From a virus: DNA of 64,000 nt. Position 1 is the stretch's first letter; the number at the start of each line of letters is the position of its first letter. Below are positions 9,379-18,866 of the stretch, piece by piece. A program made the position numbers and the translations under genes. The notes beneath the pieces were generated by a model. That model saw only the letters and a list, made by a program, of their open reading frames with translations. It searched no databases and had not been told where the DNA came from. The stretch lies in the IMG/VR virus record IMGVR_UViG_3300042542_004852; one strand, written 5' to 3'.

Positions 9379-9642
9379 GTGATCGAGCAGATTCTAGGAA
9401 TCATTTATACATTTTGCTTTTCTTCATGCTATATACCACAAATTCTCAAAAGCTTGAGAACAAAAAATGTGGAAGATGTTAGCATTGTAATGTTTATATT
9501 ATCAATAGCAGGGTATATCTCAGCAATGGGATATACCTTTTTGCGTGTTGGATTTGATTTTTGGTGGACCGTAAATTATTTTTGCGGTTTAGTATCTTCG
9601 ATAATTATGGTCAGTATCTTTTTAAAATATAAAAAACAATGA
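9379..9642 (+). CDS. SemiSWEET / PQ-loop family small membrane transporter
   Basis: 87 aa with three hydrophobic helices and YIPQILKSLRTKNVEDVS PQ-loop motif. Confidence 0.85.
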   Translation: MIEQILGIIYTFCFSSCYIPQILKSLRTKNVEDVSIVMFILSIAGYISAMGYTFLRVGFDFWWTVNYFCGLVSSIIMVSIFLKYKKQ

Positions 9643-10268
9643 ATAATATTTATTATCAATCCGAATATTGGAATAGCTTCCCCAAATCTGATTTCAATAC
9701 AGTAGCCAAAGATTTAAATGGTTCTTGGGATTCAGAAAAACAACAATATCTTGAATCTACACCAATTCAAGAATCTTCTTTGCGTATTCTACAAAATGAA
9801 ACGAAAATGAATAAAGTTCTAGACTTTGGATGTGGCATGGGAAGAAATTTAAATTACTTAAAAGATTTATGTCCAAATGTTTTTGGTTTTGATACTTCGA
9901 TTATGTTATCAAATTTAATGAAAACACAAAATTTTAATTACAATTATGTAACAGAAGACTTTGAAAAATTTGGGAATTATGCCCCATTTGATTTTATTTA
10001 CGAATGTACAGTCCTTCAACACATGCCTCCACAAGAGGTTTTGTTTAGACTAATGCAAATGAAACATTTAACTAAATATATCTACATAACGACTCGCTCA
10101 TATAATGATATGTTTAGAGATTTTCAAAACCAAAAAGGAGGAGTTAATTTAATGAAATTGATTGATTCTTTAAATTTATGGGAAGTTATTGACTGTTCTA
10201 TTCCAAAAGAAAAAGCGGGTTCATTCATGGACGAAACGCATTACTCAATGCTATTAAAATTAAAATAA
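9639..10268 (+). CDS. Class I SAM-dependent methyltransferase
   Basis: VLDFGCGMGRN, FGFDTS, FDFIYECTVLQH. Confidence 0.9.
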   Translation: MNNIYYQSEYWNSFPKSDFNTVAKDLNGSWDSEKQQYLESTPIQESSLRILQNETKMNKVLDFGCGMGRNLNYLKDLCPNVFGFDTSIMLSNLMKTQNFNYNYVTEDFEKFGNYAPFDFIYECTVLQHMPPQEVLFRLMQMKHLTKYIYITTRSYNDMFRDFQNQKGGVNLMKLIDSLNLWEVIDCSIPKEKAGSFMDETHYSMLLKLK

Positions 10269-10280
10269 TTTTTATTTAAA

Positions 10281-11051
10281 ATGTTTAGTATTTACCATTC
10301 AGCGTTCAATCTCATTAAACATGGTTTTGTGGGCTGGGAAAACAGCGTGCAAAACTCTTGTAAATTCGCAGACGAAGTAATTATTGCAGTAAACACTTCT
10401 TCTGATGGAACAAAAGAAGCTATCGAAGAATCTCTTAAAGATTTCTCTAATTGGAGAATTGTAGAAACAGATTTTTCCTACCAAGACCCTTGGTTAGATG
10501 GCAAGATTAAAAATGCAGCGCTTCAAACTTGCACACAGGATTTTAAGATTCAACTTGACCTGGACGAGTACATTCCACTATGGCAAAAACCATTATGGCA
10601 AAACTTGGCAATGCAAATCGCTCTCAGTCCAGTTCAGTGCGCAGCAGTTGCATCAGTGAATCTTTATAAAGATTGGGAGCATTTTTCCTCAATTAATAAT
10701 AAGCAATACTTCCACAAGGGGCAAGCTTATCGCGCTCCAAGCATCGCATCTAGAAAACCAGACGGCACAATTAACACCCAAATGAGTGACGGTTGCGACT
10801 TGGTTAATGCTGACGGTCAATTTGTTTCGACCATTGGAACTACAACGAATTTAGAACCTCTAGAGCTTGGTGTTTCACCATTTGTTGTCCATTTTGGTTA
10901 TGTAGATTTAGACTCAAGACTCAAGCGCAATCATGAGTTTTGGCACGAACATTGGTATGTTGAAGGTGGTGGCCAAGACCCTGCTCACAAAATACACATG
11001 AAACACGAAGATTTCGAATATCCTTATGTAGAGCATAAATTAAGACTATGA
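10281..11051 (+). CDS. Glycosyltransferase, GT2-like
   Basis: ADEVIIAVNTSSDGT, KNAALQ, QLDLDE (DxD), VHFGY. Confidence 0.8.
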   Translation: MFSIYHSAFNLIKHGFVGWENSVQNSCKFADEVIIAVNTSSDGTKEAIEESLKDFSNWRIVETDFSYQDPWLDGKIKNAALQTCTQDFKIQLDLDEYIPLWQKPLWQNLAMQIALSPVQCAAVASVNLYKDWEHFSSINNKQYFHKGQAYRAPSIASRKPDGTINTQMSDGCDLVNADGQFVSTIGTTTNLEPLELGVSPFVVHFGYVDLDSRLKRNHEFWHEHWYVEGGGQDPAHKIHMKHEDFEYPYVEHKLRL

Positions 11052-12400
11052 AAGCTATCCTATTTGATTTAGACGGCGTATTAGTTTCAGCTAAAGAAAT
11101 TCATTACCAAGCTCTAAATGAAGCTTTGTCTAAAATTGATCAAAAATATATAATTTCAGAAAATGAACATCTAAGTATTTTTGATGGATTAAAAACTAAT
11201 GAAAAGCTCGACCTTTTATCAAAAACAAAAGAACTTCCGAGAAGTTTACACGAACAAATTTGGAACTTAAAACAAGAGATTACATTAAGCAAGATTTGCA
11301 ATTTACAAAAAGATTTGAATTTAATTAATGTTTTTGAAAAACTTTCAAAATTAAATATCAAAATAGCTTGTTGTTCTAATTCTATTAGGAAGTCTGTTAT
11401 TAATATGCTTGCGAATATAGGTATAATTAAATACTTTGATTTAATTTTGTCAAATGAAGATGTAAAAAATTCTAAACCTCATCCTGAAATTTATTGGAAG
11501 GCAATGTCTATGCTTTCTTTAAATCCAGATGAATGTTTAATCGTTGAGGATTCTCCTCATGGTTTGCTTGCTGCCCAACGTTCTAACTGCAAGGTGTTAA
11601 GAGTAAAAAATCCACAAGAAATTAATTTTGAAAAAATACAATCTTACTTGAATAATCAACAGACAATGAAAACCAAATGGCAAGATAAAAGTATGAATGT
11701 TCTAATCCCGATGGCTGGGGCTGGAAGTCGTTTTGAAAAAGCTGGATATACATTTCCAAAACCACTAATTGAAGTTAATGGAAAACCAATGATCCAAGTC
11801 GTTGTTAATAATTTGAATTTTGACTCAAAACATATTTTTATAACTCAAAAACAGCATCGAATCAAATATAATCTAGATTCTTTACTTAATTTAATTTCTC
11901 CAGAATGTTCTATTATTGATGTTGACGGGGTAACTGAAGGTGCAGCTTGCACTACACTTCTAGCAAAAGAATTAATCAATAATGATAATCCATTAATTAT
12001 TGCAAATTCAGATCAATTTGTGGACTGGAATTCTAGCGAGTTCATGTATAAAATGCAAGAGCAAGATGTTGACGCTGGTATTCTAACATTCAAATCAAAT
12101 CATCCAAAATGGTCTTATGCCAAAATTGACGAATACGGTTACGTTACAGAAGTGGCAGAAAAAAATCCAATTTCAGATATTGCTACAGTAGGCATTTATT
12201 ACTGGAAAAGGGGTAGAGATTATGTTCGTTTTGCAGAAATGATGATTGAGAAAGGTATTAGATCAAACAATGAATTTTATGTTTGTCCAGTTTTTAATCA
12301 GGCGATTGAACACGGTTTAAAAATCAAAACATTTAATATTGAAAAAATGTTTGGATTGGGAACTCCAGAAGATTTAAATTTTTATTTACAAAATCTATGA
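11048..12400 (+). CDS. Fusion of a HAD phosphatase and a sugar nucleotidyltransferase-like domain (BcbE-like capsule protein)
   Basis: N-terminal FDLDGVL...KPHPEIY...VEDS; C-terminal LIPMAGAGSRF...PKPLI...ANSDQ...LGTPEDL. Confidence 0.9.
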   Translation: MKAILFDLDGVLVSAKEIHYQALNEALSKIDQKYIISENEHLSIFDGLKTNEKLDLLSKTKELPRSLHEQIWNLKQEITLSKICNLQKDLNLINVFEKLSKLNIKIACCSNSIRKSVINMLANIGIIKYFDLILSNEDVKNSKPHPEIYWKAMSMLSLNPDECLIVEDSPHGLLAAQRSNCKVLRVKNPQEINFEKIQSYLNNQQTMKTKWQDKSMNVLIPMAGAGSRFEKAGYTFPKPLIEVNGKPMIQVVVNNLNFDSKHIFITQKQHRIKYNLDSLLNLISPECSIIDVDGVTEGAACTTLLAKELINNDNPLIIANSDQFVDWNSSEFMYKMQEQDVDAGILTFKSNHPKWSYAKIDEYGYVTEVAEKNPISDIATVGIYYWKRGRDYVRFAEMMIEKGIRSNNEFYVCPVFNQAIEHGLKIKTFNIEKMFGLGTPEDLNFYLQNL

Positions 12401-13155
12401 AAACTGCGATTTGCATTTCTGGTCATTTAAGACACTATAAAAATTTAAGAGATAACTTTCTTTCATTCAAGAATGTTTTAAAAAAATTTTCTGATGTAGA
12501 TGTGTTTGTATCAACCTGGGACAAGCAGAATACTTTAAATAGTTGGTCACACGCTCATAATTTATCTAATGAAAAAACTGTTAAAAACATAGTTGATATT
12601 AACGAAGTTAAGGAAAATTATGAGACAGATAATGTTGAATTATTTAATTATGATTTTTATAGTTCTGAATATTCCCCAATCAGTTATAAAGATTTAACAG
12701 ATAAAATTTATGATTGGGATTCTAGAGGCATTGGTGGAAATGTAATCAATTCATCTAAAATGTTTTTTTTAATTTACCAAGCAAACAAGCAAAAAAAATA
12801 TCAAGAATTTCTAAATCAAAAAAAATATGACATTGTGTTCAGAGTAAGGCCAGATTATGAATTTGAAAACCATGAAAATTTTTTTGAATCACTTGCGCTA
12901 GAGAGTAATGCAATATATTATGCTCTACCATATCCAACATCAAAAATAGATGATCAATTCTCTTTTGGAGATTCACAAGTTATGGATAAGTATAGCTCTT
13001 GCTGGAATAAACAAGCGTCAATTTTTCATTCACATTTTTGGGGTGATCCAGAGGATATTTTAAAACATAGTATTTTTTCTATGCATGAAATTAAATTTAT
13101 TCAGATACCTAGATTAGGTTTTCTTGGTTCTGATATTTCAAGCTTTAAAAGATGA
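12397..13155 (+). CDS. Putative glycosyltransferase-like protein
   Basis: KTAICISGHLR...DVFVSTW...YDIVFRVRPD...DDQFSFGD, a family typical of phage and capsule glycan loci. Confidence 0.6.
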   Translation: MKTAICISGHLRHYKNLRDNFLSFKNVLKKFSDVDVFVSTWDKQNTLNSWSHAHNLSNEKTVKNIVDINEVKENYETDNVELFNYDFYSSEYSPISYKDLTDKIYDWDSRGIGGNVINSSKMFFLIYQANKQKKYQEFLNQKKYDIVFRVRPDYEFENHENFFESLALESNAIYYALPYPTSKIDDQFSFGDSQVMDKYSSCWNKQASIFHSHFWGDPEDILKHSIFSMHEIKFIQIPRLGFLGSDISSFKR

Positions 13156-13568
13156 AAATTATTTCACATAGAGGAAATTTAATTGGGCCATGCGATTTGG
13201 AAAATCATCCGACACGCATTCAAGAATTACTTAATGAAAAAATAGAGTGTGAGATTGATGTTTGGAGCATGAATCAAAAATTTTATTTAGGCCATGATTT
13301 TGCTAAATACGAAGTTGACTTTACATTTTTACAACAAAGTGGATTATGGTGCCATGCTAAAAATTTAGATGCATTAAATATAATGCTAGATAAAAAAATT
13401 AATTGTTTTTGGCATCAAACAGACGATTTTACCTTAACATCAAGTGGATTTATTTGGACATTCCCAAATAAAAATATTACTTCAAAATCAATTATAGTTG
13501 ATACTTCTCCAGAATGGAGAAATAAAAATTATGACTGTTATGGGGTATGCGCAGATTATATTTTATAA
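13152..13568 (+). CDS. Small PLC-like / glycerophosphodiester phosphodiesterase-like protein
   Basis: IISHRGN, EIDVW, LGHD, WCHAKN; usual partner of BcbE-like genes. Confidence 0.75.
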   Translation: MKIISHRGNLIGPCDLENHPTRIQELLNEKIECEIDVWSMNQKFYLGHDFAKYEVDFTFLQQSGLWCHAKNLDALNIMLDKKINCFWHQTDDFTLTSSGFIWTFPNKNITSKSIIVDTSPEWRNKNYDCYGVCADYIL

Positions 13569-13571
13569 ATT

Positions 13572-14609
13572 ATGAAAACAATCATTATCACAGGAGTCAC
13601 TGGTCAAGACGGTTCTTTAATGGCAGACCACCTGCTAGAAGACCCAAAAAACTTTGTTTATGGAGCATGTCGCCGTTTGAGCGTTCCAAACCACCAAAAC
13701 ATTGAACACCTAAAAGATCACGAAAGATTCAAGCTTTTGGAGCTTGATCTCACTGATGCGGAAAGCATTAATGAGGCAATTAGACAAATCAAGCCAGATT
13801 ACTTCATCAACTTTGCCGCTAATTCTTTTGTTGGAAATAGCTGGAAGATGCCAATCAATCACATGCAAACAAATTGCATGGGTGTTCTTTATTGTCTTGA
13901 GGCAATTAAGAATCTTTCTCCACATACGAGATTTTACAACGCTGGCAGCAGCGAACAATTTGGAGACGTAGCCTATTCTCCACAAGATATTAACCATCCA
14001 TTTAAGCCAAGATCGCCTTATGGAGCATCTAAATGCGCTGCGCATCACCTTGTTAAGGTATATCGTGAATCTTATGGAACTTATGCTGTTCAAGGCATCT
14101 TGTTTAATCATGAAGGTGTTCGTCGCGGTGAAGAGTTTGTCACTCGCAAAATCACCAAAAACGTAGCTAGAATCTATAACTCTAAAAGAAGCGGCGAATC
14201 TTTCGCTCCAATCGAGCTTGGAAACATTGACTCAAAAAGAGATTGGAGTGACGCTCAAGATTTTGTTCGCGGTGTTTGGATGATGTTGAATCAAGAATCT
14301 CCAAAAGATTATGTTCTTTCGGCAAATGAAACGCATTCAGTTCGTGAGTTTGTTGAGCTTGCTTTTAAAGCCGCCTTTATTGAAGGCGATTGGATTGGAG
14401 AAGGCTTGACCGAGCGTTTCGTTGATAAAGAAACTAGCAAGGATTTGTTGATTATTAATCCAGCTTTCTATCGTCCAGCAGAAGTTGACCTTCTTTGGGG
14501 CGATTCAAACCCAGCAAGACAAGAACTTGGTTGGAACCCAAAAACATCATTTTCAAAATTAGTTAAAAAAATGGTTGCATCAGACCTCCATTGGCCTTAT
14601 AATGATTAA
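13572..14609 (+). CDS. gmd: GDP-mannose 4,6-dehydratase
   Basis: ITGVTGQDGS, PRSPYGASK, ILFNHE, FVTRKIT, KRDW, YRPAEVDLLWGD. Confidence 0.95.
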   Translation: MKTIIITGVTGQDGSLMADHLLEDPKNFVYGACRRLSVPNHQNIEHLKDHERFKLLELDLTDAESINEAIRQIKPDYFINFAANSFVGNSWKMPINHMQTNCMGVLYCLEAIKNLSPHTRFYNAGSSEQFGDVAYSPQDINHPFKPRSPYGASKCAAHHLVKVYRESYGTYAVQGILFNHEGVRRGEEFVTRKITKNVARIYNSKRSGESFAPIELGNIDSKRDWSDAQDFVRGVWMMLNQESPKDYVLSANETHSVREFVELAFKAAFIEGDWIGEGLTERFVDKETSKDLLIINPAFYRPAEVDLLWGDSNPARQELGWNPKTSFSKLVKKMVASDLHWPYND

Positions 14610-14611
14610 TT

Positions 14612-15178
14612 ATGAATGTTCTGCAAATTGGATGTAATAATTGTGACGATCATGTTTTTGATTTCGTCAAAGAAAATAAAAATTTAATCAATAATTTTTT
14701 TGTAGTTGATGCACTGCCTAAATGCTGCGAAAAAGCAAAAGAGGTTTATAGCTTTATTGATAATTTAAAAGTCTTCAATAATGCAATTGGTGTAGAAAAT
14801 ACAACTTGTAGATTTTATTTTCCAGAGGGTGACGAAGAATCCGCTCACGCATCTCTCAATAAAGAGCATGTAATAAAACACCATCACCCTGATGTCAATT
14901 TTATTGATGTGGAGTGTATTGACATTAATGATTTCTTAAAAAATCTTCCGCCAATAGATCGTTTATATATTGACATTGAAGGTTTAGATGTGAAAACGCT
15001 AATGCACATGAATGAGGAATATTTTAATATTCCTTATATTGAATATGAATTCTATCATGGCCAAGACACATTCAATCCTGGAATAATGCATCATTTTCTC
15101 TTGCAAAAATTTGCATATCATGGATATTCGGTAAAACAAATATCTGAATACAATTGTGCCGCAGAAAAAACTAAATAA
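14612..15178 (+). CDS. FkbM-family methyltransferase
   Basis: LQIGCN, VDAL, NNAIG, LYIDIEGLD. Confidence 0.8.
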   Translation: MNVLQIGCNNCDDHVFDFVKENKNLINNFFVVDALPKCCEKAKEVYSFIDNLKVFNNAIGVENTTCRFYFPEGDEESAHASLNKEHVIKHHHPDVNFIDVECIDINDFLKNLPPIDRLYIDIEGLDVKTLMHMNEEYFNIPYIEYEFYHGQDTFNPGIMHHFLLQKFAYHGYSVKQISEYNCAAEKTK

Positions 15179-15509
15179 AAAACTCATAGTTTCAAAATTT
15201 GTCGAGATTCCCGCTAAATCAAAACGGGAGTTTTGGCAAAGAGAATATGTATTGCTGAATCGTTTAGTTGAGAGATACGGTCTAGAATTTCTAAGAGATA
15301 CAAGTTTCTCCTTAAAAGGAGACAGCTTAGCTATTTTATTTGCGCCCAAAATCCTTCAAGATTTAGATAAAAGATTCAAAATTTACAGCAGTGAATCTCG
15401 TATAACTAGGGAGCCTCAAATCATTTTGCAAGACGACCCGTTGCATAAACCAATTTTAATTGAGCATAAACCCAAAACCATTAGAGATTTTTTACATGAA
15501 AAAGACTAA
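15156..15509 (+). CDS. Hypothetical protein
   Basis: ORF overlapping both neighbours and in line with the replication operon. Confidence 0.6.
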   Translation: MPQKKLNKKLIVSKFVEIPAKSKREFWQREYVLLNRLVERYGLEFLRDTSFSLKGDSLAILFAPKILQDLDKRFKIYSSESRITREPQIILQDDPLHKPILIEHKPKTIRDFLHEKD

Positions 15510-16635
15510 AGAAACAGAAGACAAAAAAATCACTTCAAGCGAAATCCTTGACTCTTTCCTAAAGCAAAATTCGGAAGATCACTATAATTTTGAAGAGACA
15601 GTTGACTACAAGGTTTCAAGCGGATCATTGCAGCTTGATCTTCAATTGGGCGGAGGTTTTGGTCCTGGCCTGCACAGATTTGTAGGAATAAATGAAGGCG
15701 GAAAAACCAGTGAAGCTCTAGAAGTAATGAAGAACTTCTTGATCGAAATTCCAAACTCTAAAGGTTTTTACATCAAGGCTGAAGGTCGTCTTTCTCCAGA
15801 AATGCAAAAGCGTTCTGGAATCAAGTTTGTTTTCAGCGCCGAAGAATGGGTTGTTGGAACTTGCTTTGTTTTTGAAAGCAATATTTATGAAACTGTTGTG
15901 GGAGCAATGAGACAACTGGTTTCGAAGAACGAAGAAACAATTAAATTCTGCTTTCTCTTGGATGCGGTTGATGGTCTTATCGCCAAGAACGATATGGACA
16001 AGTCCTTTGAGGAAAGCGCGAAGGTGGCTGGTGGCGCAGTGATTGCAGCCACATTCATGAAGAAGCTCTCTATTGCGCTTGCAAAGCGAGGCCACATGGC
16101 CATCTTCATTTCACAAGTCAGAGCAGACATCAAGCTTGACCCATACTCTAAAGCTCCTATTCGCCAGACATCTGCCACAGGAGGCAATGCACTGCTACAC
16201 TTCGCAAACTGGATTCTTGAGTTTGAAGCTCGATTCAAGGGAGATTTGATTCTCAAAAATGCTGGCGACAAGAGCATTGACTTGGAAAAAAATCCTCCAA
16301 TTGGACACTGGGCGAAAGTCACAATTAAGAAATCTCCAAACGAAAAAACCAATCTAACCATCCCATATCCTATTCGGTATGGGCGTACAGGAGGTAAGTC
16401 TATCTGGATTGAGAAGGAGATTGTTGATCTACTCTTGGCTTGGGAACTTGTCAATAAGAGCGGTGCTTGGTTCTCTCCAAGCGAAGATTTCTTGCAGCTA
16501 CTAGCTGAAAACTCTCTGACATTCCCACCTAAAATTCAAGGCGAAGCATCTCTTTTTAAGGTTGTTGAAGAGGACGCAGCGCTTCTTAGCTTTTTGATTG
16601 AATATTTTCGCAAAATGATCGCCAATGAAGTTTAA
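15496..16635 (+). CDS. recA: RecA/UvsX-like recombinase
   Basis: SSGSLQLDLQLGGG, GINEGGKTS (variant Walker A), LLDAV, IFISQVR, TGGNALLHFA, AWF. Likely start ATG 15496. Confidence 0.9.
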   Translation: MKKTKETEDKKITSSEILDSFLKQNSEDHYNFEETVDYKVSSGSLQLDLQLGGGFGPGLHRFVGINEGGKTSEALEVMKNFLIEIPNSKGFYIKAEGRLSPEMQKRSGIKFVFSAEEWVVGTCFVFESNIYETVVGAMRQLVSKNEETIKFCFLLDAVDGLIAKNDMDKSFEESAKVAGGAVIAATFMKKLSIALAKRGHMAIFISQVRADIKLDPYSKAPIRQTSATGGNALLHFANWILEFEARFKGDLILKNAGDKSIDLEKNPPIGHWAKVTIKKSPNEKTNLTIPYPIRYGRTGGKSIWIEKEIVDLLLAWELVNKSGAWFSPSEDFLQLLAENSLTFPPKIQGEASLFKVVEEDAALLSFLIEYFRKMIANEV

Positions 16636-17032
16636 AACTTTAAATGGTAAAGAAAAGTTGCTGAAAAATGCGTCAAAATATCTTATTAATTGGCGAACGA
16701 AAACTCGCAGCAAATTCCAAGACGAAGTTAAAAAGTTTTTAAAAGCATATTGGAATGATGATTTTGTGTTTGAAGAGCTAAGGCTCGTTGACACAAGAAT
16801 GACTTTTGACTTTTATAATGCAAACAAAAAAATTGCAATTGAGGTCCAAGGTCAGCAGCATACAAAATTTGTTCCTTTCTTTCACGGCAATAGAAATAAA
16901 TTTTTACAGCAATTAAAAAGAGACAATAAAAAGCTAGAATTTTGCGAGATGAACGGCATCAAACTTGTTGAAATTTATTCTATTTCAGAATTGAATAAAG
17001 ATTTTTTTGAATCGTATGAAATTTATCTGTAA
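16625..17032 (+). CDS. PD-(D/E)xK / Vsr-DUF559-like endonuclease
   Basis: FDFY...IAIEVQGQQH...RDNKK..FCEMNGIKLVEI. Confidence 0.75.
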   Translation: MKFKTLNGKEKLLKNASKYLINWRTKTRSKFQDEVKKFLKAYWNDDFVFEELRLVDTRMTFDFYNANKKIAIEVQGQQHTKFVPFFHGNRNKFLQQLKRDNKKLEFCEMNGIKLVEIYSISELNKDFFESYEIYL

Positions 17033-17040
17033 TATAAAAC

Positions 17041-17325
17041 ATGCTGAATAATAAAATCAAAGAAATTCCTCAGTTCGAAATGCCTTCAAACTTTATCGAA
17101 CAAATCTATGAACTCAGCGGCAACGCAGACAAGTATAAAGGCGTTCTACTAGGTTATGTTTCAGAAGACGGCACACCAGTCATCTACTGCAAATATGATT
17201 CTCAAGTCGTAGAATTCGGCATGAGAAAAGCTTTGGAAAAATATCTTCAAAATTCAGACGAGGCTGAAACTGCATATAGCCTTGGAGAAGAAGAAAATGA
17301 TGAAGATGATGTTGACGAAGATTGA
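17041..17325 (+). CDS. Hypothetical protein with acidic tail
   Basis: Compact ORF preceded by a CTGTAA element. Confidence 0.6.
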   Translation: MLNNKIKEIPQFEMPSNFIEQIYELSGNADKYKGVLLGYVSEDGTPVIYCKYDSQVVEFGMRKALEKYLQNSDEAETAYSLGEEENDEDDVDED

Positions 17326-17348
17326 TTTCTGAGTATCGTAATAGTAGC

Positions 17349-18866
17349 ATGATCTACTCTTATGAACTTGAAAAGCAATTGCTGGCAGCACTCATTAAAA
17401 AGCCAGAGAACTATTTTGAAATCTCTGCATTCATTAATGAAAAAGACTTTTATAGTGAAGACAATAGTTTAAATAAAACTATCTTCACAATCATTCGCCA
17501 AGCCCTAGAGGCGCACGAAGAAATTGATGACGTAATCATCGCACAACGAGTCCAGAATCTTGGAATCTCATTTGATGATGTGGTAAACGTGGCAGAATAC
17601 GTCAAGAGTCTTGGCATGAGAAAGGTGGCCGATGGCAGTCTCATTAAAACAGCCAAAGAACTTAAAAAGTACACTATTCGCAGAGAGATTTTTGAATCCT
17701 CTCAAAATATTGCGAAAAAGATGAAAACTTTGCCAGCAGAAAGTTCCTATTCGGAAATCATTTCTGTAGCTGATAAAGAATATAACAGCCGAATCAATCA
17801 ATATGAGGTTGGCAATGATTCTCCAGAAAACATCTATGATGAGATGGAATCAATGATCGAAGACAGGGGCGCAAATCCTGTTACCGAATTTGGGATGATG
17901 GGACCGCATGAAAGAATCAATAGTATTTATGGTTCTCTTTTGCGGCCAGGAAATATTACTGTTATTGTTGCTCGATCTGGCGTTGGTAAGACTCAGTTCT
18001 GCATGGACTATTCAACCAAAGTCAGTTTAGCATATAATGTTCCAGTATTGCATTTTGATAATGGCGAAATGAGCAAGGAAGAATTGATTATGCGCCAATG
18101 CTCTGCGCTTAGTGGAGTTCCTATGCACTTGATTGAAAGCGGCCAGTGGCTGCGTGCGGGAAAAGAAACAGTCGATAAGGTTCGCAACATTTGGGCCAGA
18201 GTTAAGAAGCTACAATTTTATTATTATAATGTTGGCGGCTTAGATGTTGATTCGATGATCAATACATTGAAGAGATTTTACTATTCAAAAGTTGGTCGTG
18301 GCAACAAGATGATTTTTAGTTTTGACTACATCAAAACAACATCTGATAGCACAGGCTCCAACAAAACAGAATGGCAAATGGTTGGAGAAATGGTTGATAA
18401 ATTTAAACGATGCGTTCAGAAAGATATTCTATATGATGGGTTGCCAATCATTTCAATGATTACTTCTGTTCAGTCGAACCGTTCTGGCATCACTAATAAT
18501 CGCAACTCTCAAAATGTTGTTGACGATGAAAGTATCGTATCTCTATCTGATCGAATTACTCAATTCTGTTCTCACATGTTTATTCTGAGAAATAAAACAA
18601 CAGATGAAGTCTTGAATGAAGGAGTTAGATTTGGAACGCACAAGCTCATCAATGTAAAAGCTCGACATTTGGGCAAAGATATTGCTGGCGCAGTAGAAGC
18701 TGTGCGCGTAGGCGATACGCTTCGCAAGAATTTCATTAATTTGGAATTTAAGAATTTTAATATCACAGAAAGAGGCGATCTCCGAGACATTGTTGAATTC
18801 AATGATATTGGCGAAGGTGCCGAAGAAAATGGAAGAAATACTGCCCCCGATTTTGATGAACTCTGA
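17349..18866 (+). CDS. dnaB: Replicative helicase, DnaB family
   Basis: N-domain ELEKQLLAAL...DFY, ARSGVGKT, GEMSKEEL, FDYI, Q-NR. Likely start MIYSYE at 17349. Confidence 0.92.
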   Translation: MIYSYELEKQLLAALIKKPENYFEISAFINEKDFYSEDNSLNKTIFTIIRQALEAHEEIDDVIIAQRVQNLGISFDDVVNVAEYVKSLGMRKVADGSLIKTAKELKKYTIRREIFESSQNIAKKMKTLPAESSYSEIISVADKEYNSRINQYEVGNDSPENIYDEMESMIEDRGANPVTEFGMMGPHERINSIYGSLLRPGNITVIVARSGVGKTQFCMDYSTKVSLAYNVPVLHFDNGEMSKEELIMRQCSALSGVPMHLIESGQWLRAGKETVDKVRNIWARVKKLQFYYYNVGGLDVDSMINTLKRFYYSKVGRGNKMIFSFDYIKTTSDSTGSNKTEWQMVGEMVDKFKRCVQKDILYDGLPIISMITSVQSNRSGITNNRNSQNVVDDESIVSLSDRITQFCSHMFILRNKTTDEVLNEGVRFGTHKLINVKARHLGKDIAGAVEAVRVGDTLRKNFINLEFKNFNITERGDLRDIVEFNDIGEGAEENGRNTAPDFDEL

